Under the pieces are notes generated by a model. The model saw only the letters and a program-made list of their open reading frames with translations. It did not search any database and was not told the DNA's origin. The position numbers and the translations under genes were made by a program. DNA of 63,886 nucleotides, the filler included, from Streblomastix strix (Eukaryota): the NCBI GenBank assembly GCA_008636045.1. It is 2 parts of 2 records of this genome, joined end to end, with 100 filler letters (N's around TTAATTAATTAA, not from the genome) between each part and the next. Parts side by side here need not be neighbours in the genome. Positions count along the whole stretch, not along the records: positions 32,009 to 63,886 come from SNRW01000074.1; 1 more part is not named here. The stretch is one strand, 5' to 3'. Of this stretch, positions 50,805-63,886 are shown piece by piece. Numbering within the stretch: the first letter of the stretch is position 1; each line of letters starts with the position of its first letter.

Positions 50805-52098
50805 ATGATGATAAATTCTGAGATTGCAAATTCTCGTGCTATTCGACACTTAGAAGATCAGCTGGCAGTATTTTGCAAACATTTTTTGTTTTATACATCT
50901 TTTTTTCTATTCATCAGGATACAATATAAGAATTTAACATTAGAGCATAAGATTGGGAAAGACGTGAATTTGATCTCAGCAGTGAAATTATTAGGTTAAA
51001 AGGTATGCATATATTTAGCTCATAATTCTTTTATAAATTATTGTTACTTTGTTGTATTAAGAAAAACTGTTGAAAAGGAATTTAGAATTAGATGAATATA
51101 CAATATAGCGTATACTTCAAGATACAAATATTAAGGATGATTAACGCAAAGCTGATGAAAGATTGCAATCAACAACAGCAGAACTTGAATATTTGAAGAG
51201 TACAATTGAAGATTTGAAAACAGAGAATATGAATCTTAAAGAAGAGAATGCATAATGGAGAGCAGCATTACATGATACATAAGATGAATTACATAGAACA
51301 AAAAGATTAAATCGCACTTCAGAAATAACATCAAAAGATTAGCCATACTCTACATATTCATCTTTTAATAATTAATCAAGTAATATTACTCCTAAATATT
51401 CACCAATACATTCATTAACCAAAGAACAACCATTATATAGTACAGCATCCTATCTAACGAAAGAGAAGAGTTATAATCCTGAATCACCAACTCGTATTAC
51501 ATAAACAGAAACTGAAATTAGTATTGATAGATCTTCTCCATATAATATTCCTAAATATACCTTCAAATAAACCTCACACTAATATCCAGATAAGGAAGAT
51601 TCAATTCCAATTTCACTCTCTCCAACATAATACAAATCATCATCTACATATATATCTCCTTCTTACATTCATACTTCATCAACTAATTATCCATCCACTA
51701 CTCCTTCCTATCATTCTATAACTCCATCATATCACAACACTAACACTCGTCCTCTATTATCAACACCTACAACTGGACTCTCATTATCATAGAGAATGCT
51801 AATATCTTCTGATAGAGCTTCTCGTTTAGAAGATGAATTGGCAAAGACTGAATTGGCTTTTGAAAAGGAAACCATAAGAAACGAGCGATTGAGAGATCAT
51901 ATAATGGTTATGGAAAGCTTAAATCATGAAAAGAAAGACATTCATTCAGTTCATTAACATGAACCACGTTCAACTTATGAATACGAACACAAATATACTG
52001 GATTGCCACTATTAACACCTGGTAATCCACCTTCAACTTCATATTCTCGAACTTATTCTCATTTTACATCATCTCAAGCTAGAGGTGCCCCTAGCTGA
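50805..52098 (+). CDS. Hypothetical coiled-coil protein with a Ser/Pro/Tyr-rich middle region, two introns
   Basis: ATG 50805; GT-AG introns ~50868-50917 and ~51003-51061; heptads ELEYLKSTIEDLKTENMNLKEENAQWR and RLEDELAKTELAFEKE; TGA 52096-52098. Confidence 0.7.
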
Positions 52099-52731
52099 GT
52101 TACTTGATTTAATTTTAATTAGAAAACATAAAAATGTGTTCAATTTAATAATTCAAGTTTTTATTTGGTAAGTTAAAATATTTTAAAATATAATAATAAT
52201 AAATATTATATTTATTTTATATTATTTATGCATACTAAATAAATTAAAAATGCGTGGATGTTAACATTGAAAAAATATCATTTTTTATTTCCGCATCTTC
52301 TCCAGTGCAAAATAGCTCTATAAATGAATAAATAACATATTTAACTAATGTTATAACATATTTATCAATAATATTATATTTAACTCTATTTTGTGCGATA
52401 AGGAAATCAAAAATATAAAAGATCAGAATTAACCATATTTTTGTGTACAGATATCTTATTATGCATAAAATTCATAATATTATTGCTTATTATTACTTAT
52501 TAAAATAACATCCACACATTTATTTTAAGATAATTTGATTAATGAATAAAAAGATCAAAATTCGCCATATTTTTGTGTTGTTTTATCTTATTTGGTGAAT
52601 TAAATTGTGTTAAAATATAATAGTCAATAAAATAACAAAACCAATACACACTTATTTTGATAGCAACAAATTATCTTATTTATTTATTTTGATCAAAAGA
52701 CTTGAAAAAGATAATTGGAGAATTGCAGAAG

Positions 52732-56379
<3,648 letters not shown>

Positions 56380-56611
56380 ATAAATAAATATTTTTATGTA
56401 CAAATAATGGAACATTGTTGAAAATATTTATTGACAATTTTTAAATAAATTCATAGACAATCTAAATTATTATACAGAAGGTAAAATCAAATAAAAACAA
56501 AAATATTTAGATGTATAATGAATATAATTAAAAAAAAAGTTATGATTCAAATAATGTTTAACCGTTATTAAATATTAGTTTATGACAAGATTAGAGAAAA
56601 ATGTAAAGTAT

Positions 56612-59600
56612 TCATTCATCACTCATATTAGATTGTGTTTGAGTATTTGTAATATCAACAGAAATTGAAGATTTTTTATCTTTGAAAAATTTGGATTTTG
56701 CATCTTTATTACTTTTATTTGACTAAGAAATCTTTTTCTTTAAATTCTTTAATAATTTACTGTTACCTCTTCCTTCAAAATCACTTAAGCATTTTTAATT
56801 ACTCGAATTATCTCCATCACTTATACTACTGTCATCTGTAATCTAAGATCTGCTTTTACTACTTTATGTATCATCTTCTTTAAAATCATTAATATTATCA
56901 TTGTTAGTATCTTTTGCGCTTTTAGTTTTATTTCTATCAGCAGAATTCCTATCAGTTTTTGAAGAAGATGGATTTAAGGTGGTGTTGTGTGATCTTTAAT
57001 TGTTATTTTTCTCTGAATCTTTACTCTTGTGTCTGTGAACTTGACTTTGGCTTTGCTTATTAAGATGCGTTTTCCTTTAATGTTTACTGCTTCTGAGAGA
57101 AATATTTGACTTATTATCTTTTTATTCATGATATTAATGTGAGATTTTATTTTTATTTTGATTGGTATCATTTCTATCTTTATTGTTCTCTTTCTATTCT
57201 CCGTCTTTTTATTAATGAATATTTAATTATGAAGTTTTCTGCTCCAATAATTATTAAGTATCTGTTGATTTTGAATTTGGATCAATTATATCTTCAATGC
57301 TCATATCAGCACTTTCTGGACTTCCTCCAATCGTAAATTATTTTAAATTCATTGAAAACAAACTTGTATTTAACCGAGAGAGATTTTTTGGGAAGACACC
57401 CAACTAAATATCTTTAATGGTTTGTGAAGTGGATTACTCTGGTTATTATGGATCCTTCAAAGCATTTGTATAAATGTGAGGTTAAACACTGAGAGGTTCA
57501 TTCCAAAATTAACTGTCTCTGGCAATTAGTTTTGTGTTATTCATAATCTTATCTTTTTAGTTATTATTGACTGATGTTATTTTTTTTGTATTTTCCTTTA
57601 AAACCAACGATTGAATTTCACTATGTTATTCTTTATCAAATTATTTAGTAGATTTATAAGGTGGAGGTGGATTATCCAAATCATCATCAACTGATGGAAT
57701 ATATATATATAAGAAATGTTTAAAGAAATAAAAATATTTCAAATTTAATTTATTGTATCAAACCTTGAGATGATTATTAGCCTTTTTTAGATTTATTTCC
57801 CTAGAATTTCGTTTAAAGTTCCTTATCATTATATTTTATGGATATAAATAAAAAATCGTCTTATATAACTTTTTTAGAATCTTTTTTAGCAATTTCCAAT
57901 TTGTTATTAACACTTTAAAATAATATCTATTGTTATGTAATATCATTTTTTAAAGAGTTTGATCGTTAATGATAGTGAAAGATTTTTGGTTTTAAATTAA
58001 TGTTATTCTTATTAGATAATTATTGTTGTGTTTTGGATGTGTAAGAGTTTAATAATGAACTGGAAGATGGTGAAGAAGAATATGATGAAGATAATGGAGA
58101 TGATTATATTGATGCTTTATGATTATGAAATGCAGTTTATTATTAATTACTCTTTAGGGTTTTATTACTCTAAATAAGAATGGGATACAACAATGCCTAA
58201 GATTTTCTGTTATTTGGAGAACTTTAAGATTATTATTCAAATATAAGAGTAGGAGATAATTTATTCAAATCAACATTTGTTTAGATTTTTACTTTTGAGT
58301 CTGCCTGTGGAGATTTATCATAGTAATTTTTAGGAGATTTCTAAAATGGAGATTTATTTAACAAATTATGTTATTTAACTGGAATTGAAGGTGATTAAGA
58401 TCTATATAATTTATTATTTGATTTATAATTCTATTATGAAGGAGAAACAGATCTTTTAACTCTCTGTGATATTGGATAATTGGGTAATGAAGGAGGAGGA
58501 AGAGGAGGAATTTAGAAAGGTTTTCTTATTATGGATTAGATCTAATTTGATTAATTAAGAGATTATGTATAATTAGATTAATTTAGAGATTGATTATTAG
58601 ATTAATTCAAAGGAAGAGAATAAGATTAAATAAGAGATAGATTATTAGTTGTCTGAATAAGAAGAGGAGGAGGTGGAATTGGAATTGGAAGTTTGCTTAT
58701 AGAATTCTTAGATGATGTCAATGAAGATGAAACTGAAGGTGAATTTGTATTACGATGTATTTGTGATGGTGATAGTGATCGAGTTGCTAATTCTGGGCTT
58801 GTATTGTATGGAGGATTGATTGTTAGATTACTTTTCTATTGATCAACAGAATTTAAAATTTAATTTGAATTTGAATATTATTTCTTCGGTGATTTGCTTT
58901 CCTATTATATTTTAAATTCATTATTTTATATTGGATTTTTAAAATTCATTAATTTTATTTTATCTAAAGGTTACTAAAATTATTAAAAGTTCTATCTTTA
59001 TTTAAGATTTATTAATATCCAATTACCACTAATCCTGTAGTTTTATATTAAACGTTCTTACTCATCCTCCAAAGATTATTTGGTTGTATCTTATGACAAA
59101 AGCTTTTATTAATCAATAATTGCTTTTTATTATGTAATATCTATCTTTTATTCAATTTTAACATCTGGTTTTTGCTTTTATTAATCGGGGACTACATTAT
59201 TTTATTCATTGTTATTATTTTTAACATCTTAATTTAATTATGAAATATTTTTTTATTGATTTTATTCTTTTAGCTATTGTCTTTATTATCTCAACAATAA
59301 TATCTATTATCTTATTAATCCTTCTAATGAATGTGGATCATGATCATCTTCCATCTCTCTACTTTTCAACATTTTCTTTTTTTCATTATTTTTATTATTA
59401 TTCTCTTTTTCAATCTTCTCTTTAACTTTCTTTTTTCTCTTAATATCCTGAATTTTATCATCAGAAGAAGATCTTTGGGATTTAACTATATTTTATGTTT
59501 AAAGAGATTAATGAGGAATAGTTTCATTTTATTGAAGTTGTTATATGGTTTATTCTGATTGTATAATCTGAATAGAAGGTATTGGTTATATCTGAGGAAT

Positions 59601-61880
59601 TGTGGGTATATTTTATTCTAACTGTATTGATTGTATTGGTTTATCTGGAGTATTAACAGTAATTGGTATTTATTCATCTTAATTATTTATATTTCTTTTT
59701 TCATCATTCGTATTTAATTTTGATGATTTTATATTTTCATCATTCGTATTTAATTTTGATGATTCTAAATCTTCATCATTCTTTAATTACCATGAATTAT
59801 TATTAACTTATTCATTCATGGTGCTATTTTATTAAACTATTTATTCTTTAACAATCAATTTAAGTGGAGAAAATATTCTGGATTTTGGTGGTTTGGGGGC
59901 AATCTTAACTATGTTTTCATTCTGCAATGTTGGTTAGTTAATGTCAATTCTTTATTCATCACTGGTTAATTTAATATTAATTTGAGGAGGAGGTGCAATT
60001 GGAGGTGGTAAAGTGAGATTAGAAAATATGGAATTAATTTATGGGTTTTATTATGCATTTAAATCCATGTAAATCTGACTGTCTATCTCCCTTCTTCCTC
60101 TGGCAACATTTGTCTCCATTGAACTCATTCCACTCACTACTTGATTCTCTTCTCCTTCATCTTCACTCAAATCTGAGTCTTCTTTATTCTACATTTATTT
60201 CAATAATGTATCTTTTTATTATTATTTCTGCTTTAAAATCTCTATTTGAAATGATGTTAGTTGAGTCTTAGTAGTAAGAAAGGTTTATTAAGTAGTTGTT
60301 GATATTGGTCTTCTCTTTTATTAACCTATTTAATTGTCTTATATAGCAAATTATTGTAGTTATTTTTCATCTTCAATCCTTCCTGACTGAATTCTTAGTC
60401 CAGGTTAAGTATTACTGTTTGTAATTGAAAATTATTGATTTTATTAATTATTGAACATTTATTAACCAATAGAATACATGACTCCTGGATTTGAAGGACC
60501 AAAATTAGACCATTTCTATCTGGATTATCCAGCAAGATCTAATCCATACACCGCATTAACACTACTTGGTCGTAGTTTAGATAATTATGGATTCTTCAGA
60601 TTTAACTTTATACCACTAATATTAATCCTTTACTGCATTTTATTACTTTCTGCAATAGAATTCAATGTTAGCATCTGAATCCATCTTCTATTTTCTTCTT
60701 TTTCTTCTTCCTCAAGTTCTTTCAATCCTTATTAAATACGTTCAAGTCTCATTCTAAACTTTGATCCTCTATTTGTTGGATCCTATGAAAGAAAAGCTTT
60801 AATCTTTACTTGATCATCCAACATCCTCAATTTCTTAGCAGCTCTCCATATCTCCCGATCTCTCTTTAATTCTTCTGCATTCTGCTTATCCAACATTTGT
60901 GGGAGTAGCCTCTGTTGTCCACTTTCATCTTCATCCATCATTATAATCTCTCCTTTATCATTCCATTCCCATGAATCAGACTTCAGAAACCCTGAATTAA
61001 TAAATGCTTATCTAAGAAGCTTAATACAATAACTATAATCAGGATTCTAATGAAGTGATAGAGATCTGACATATGTGAGGAATCCCATTATTTCATTAGG
61101 AAGATATTTGCATAATTCTGACATTGTTATTTTTCGTTTTAGATCCCCAATCATTTATCTCCTAATCCTCGAGTTGGGACCACGCTAACCTTGCCAAGGA
61201 AGAAAACCTTTTAGCAGATAAATAATAATGTAACCAATAGCTTCTAAATCATCTCTACGTGACTGTTCAATTCCCATATGTGTGTTCACACTCCAATATC
61301 TCAAAGTCCCTGCAAAATTATTCTTCTTCACTGAAACACACTCTTTCCCTTGATTAATTTCATATCTTCGTGCAAGCCCAAAATCAATTAAAAATATAGT
61401 TTTTGAAAGCTTTCCAAGTCCTACTACAAAGTTTTAAGGCTTCAAATCCCGATGTATCCAGCCTTTTTCATGCAAATCTTTCACTCTCTGAATCATCTAT
61501 ATACCCAACTCTAGTACAGTCCTCAGAGAGAACATCCTCTTTGAACTTATGAATATCTCTTCAATGCTTGGTCCAAGTCTGTCCATTATAAGCAGACGAT
61601 ATCCACGCCATGTTCCAGCTAAGATCTTGTTTGCAAACCCCTGAATCCCCTACATATCTTTGTAGATTTTTGCTTCAATAGCAATTTAGCTGGGAAATAT
61701 TGAGCCACTTTCAATCTTCACTGCTAAGAAATTTTCTAGTATTTCTTCCTTTTCATCTTCGTTTTGCACAGGAGCATCGATAATCTTTAATTTATATACT
61801 TCACCAAATGCTCCTTCGTTAATTTTCTCAACAATCTAATATTTGTTTTTAATTATATCACCTATTGCAAATGAGTTCAT
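56612..61880 (-). CDS. Casein kinase 1 family kinase with a very long Q/N/S/P-rich C-terminal tail
   Basis: INEGAFGEVY, LAVKIE, MDRLGPS, HRDLKPQNF, IFLIDFGLARRY, FAGTLRYWSVNTHMGIEQSRRDDLEAIGY and LPWQG are CK1 signatures. Intron ~57690-57763; TGA at 56612. Confidence 0.9.
59701..59781. repeat. 36-bp tandem repeat (~2.2 copies) within the CK1 tail
   Basis: tcatcattcgtatttaattttgatgatt occurs at 59701 and 59737, with a partial third copy at 59773. Confidence 0.7.
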
Positions 61881-63279
61881 ATGCGCTGTTATGCTAAGTC
61901 GGTTATCAAATATTATATCTTAGCCACCAAGAACAGCCTATATTAAATAATAAGTAAGTTTAATTTGCAATAAAAATATTAAGCATACCATCTTATATAA
62001 ATGTTTAAGACTTTGCAAATAAGTCCTACAAATATTGATTAAAAAAAAATCGCATAATTAATGGAATTCGCAGGAAAAAGGTAATTATTATTGTTAATTC
62101 AATCCAAAGACAATTAAATAATTAAGTAGGTATAAAGTTTATATAAAAAATGAAAATATTTCATAGGTTGCTTGTTAATTTGCAAAATTAAATTAAATAA
62201 AATAAAATTTTAATTGCATAGCGTACAAGATTATTACTGATTTAGTTTCAATTTAAATGAATTTAAAATACATAATTTAGTTAAAATTGATACTAGTGTT
62301 ATATTTCTATTCTTTATTTCCCAAACAAAAAACTTTAAGTAAAAGTTTAATATTAAATATCATCCAATTAATAATAATGGATGTTAATATTGGTGATGAA
62401 ATAAAACAGTTTTTAAAAATACCTATTAATATATTAAAATCTTTTAAGGCTAGCAAAAAAATCGGATTAAAACTTCTTTTTGTACTTTTTTTAAAAATAC
62501 ACATTAAATTTTTTAATTTGTAAACAAAAATGTTTATAATTCAAAAATTTGGTTAGAAAACAAGATTTATTTTAATTTCTGAAATTGATTTTGAATTTTC
62601 AAGAATAAGAGAGTTTGAAAAGTTCAAAAATATTAAAAATGTGTAAAATAAATATGTTTGTAATATTATCAATAATAATGTCTTCTTATTTTGCTGATAG
62701 TTGATCTGAATAAGTTATAAATGAAATGAAAAAGTTCAAAATATAATTTGAAAATAAAAAAGACTCTTTAAAATAAAATAAAACAAAATGGAAAAAAATA
62801 ATAAAAACTGAAGATAATTAATTCTGGTGATAATGATAAGCATGATCAAAAAAGTTCTTCTAATAATTCTGAAGATTATACTAATTGCAGTAACAAAAGT
62901 TCTTCAAATCGTTTTGATGTTAATGATAAACATGATCTTTTTATATTTTTTGGAAGTCAAAGTTGCTAGTTCATTATAATCAGATAAACTCTGATTCAAA
63001 ATTATTGATAAAAAGTTTATTAAATATTATTTTTATTATAATCATTCATCTAAATATATTTAATATATACTATATATATATTTAATATATATATGTATTT
63101 AATAACATATTCATATAATAATCAACTTTAATTTTTCATAGCTTATTTTTTTTATTATACTTTTTTTAATAATATATATATAAAAGTCAAAAAATTTTGT
63201 GTCAAAATTTTGGCTATTTTATTTTTTAAGTTAGAGATGTTTAGTATTTATTTAATACTTAATGTAATGATGATGTGTC

Positions 63280-63886
63280 TCATTGAACGTATTTTCCACC
63301 TCGTTTCAGAACTGCACACAAGCGCCTACGAAAAGAGTCAACGAATGGTTTTACGTCTAAAGTCGTAATTTTTGCTGCAGCAAACTTGATCCCCTCCCAG
63401 AGTTCATCTTCATTGGTGTAACTTTTCCCATCAGCGTAGACACGCCTTACTAGTAAAGCCCAGAAGCTTTCAACCGGATTCAGATCCGGCGAAAAAGCTG
63501 GCCAATTCAAGAGCGAAAACCCACATGACTTAAGATGCTCAATAATCTCTTTCTTTTTATGTACGGAAGCCTTATCCATTTGTTATACGAAGTTTGTTCC
63601 ATGAGCAGCATGAATTGATGGTATGACTTCAGATAACAATAGGCCACTCCAAGATTCAGCGTTCATTTTGCCATACATACGATCAACAGTAAGCAGGCCT
63701 TCCTAGCTGATTGTTGCATGTACTATAACTCTCTTAAACTTCCCGTAATCCTTCGAATAAATGACTTCATCTTTCTCATCTCCAAGCTGAATCCAGTAGT
63801 AGGCCCATCCATCTGGCCCATCGTACCGAAATTTTTTCTCATCTTAAAAGAGTATTGGTTGCAAATCTTCTGGTTCTTTAGTTAAA
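63280..63886 (-). mobile_element. Tc1/mariner (IS630-Tc1) DD34E transposase, 3' part; 5' end outside window
   Basis: ILFQDEKKFRYDGPDG, FVQQMDKASVH and WPAFSPDLNPVESFW, with 34 residues between the second D and E. Ends GGKYVQ* at 63280. GC content is higher than the flanks. Confidence 0.92.

Overview
AT-rich eukaryotic (protist) DNA that uses a non-standard code: TAA/TAG read as Gln and TGA is the only stop. The supplied ORF track therefore fragments almost every gene. All calls below come from my manual re-translation with TAR=Gln, so boundaries are approximate. The code plus short GT-AG introns suggest an oxymonad such as Streblomastix, but this is inference and ciliates share the code. An artificial linker (44N-TTAATTAATTAA-44N, 31909-32008) joins two probably unlinked contigs. 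The left part (1-31908) is a graveyard of mobile and viral DNA. It holds pieces of at least three Polinton/Maverick-like endogenous viral elements: two protein-primed PolB genes, an intact integrase, an A32-like packaging ATPase, three copies of a putative major capsid gene, a putative minor capsid, a fibre-like gene, an AT-hook gene and two copies of an amphipathic protein-VI-like gene. It also holds kinase and DEAH-helicase pseudogenes, a Sola2-like transposase and a DIRS-type retrotransposon. The right part (32009-63886) is gene-dense host DNA: a CaaX-ending partial gene, a tandem-DH RhoGEF, ER Hsp90 (GRP94), a small secreted protein, an NPHP4-like gene, a coiled-coil protein, PI4K-beta, a CK1-family kinase and a Tc1 DD34E transposase at the window edge.
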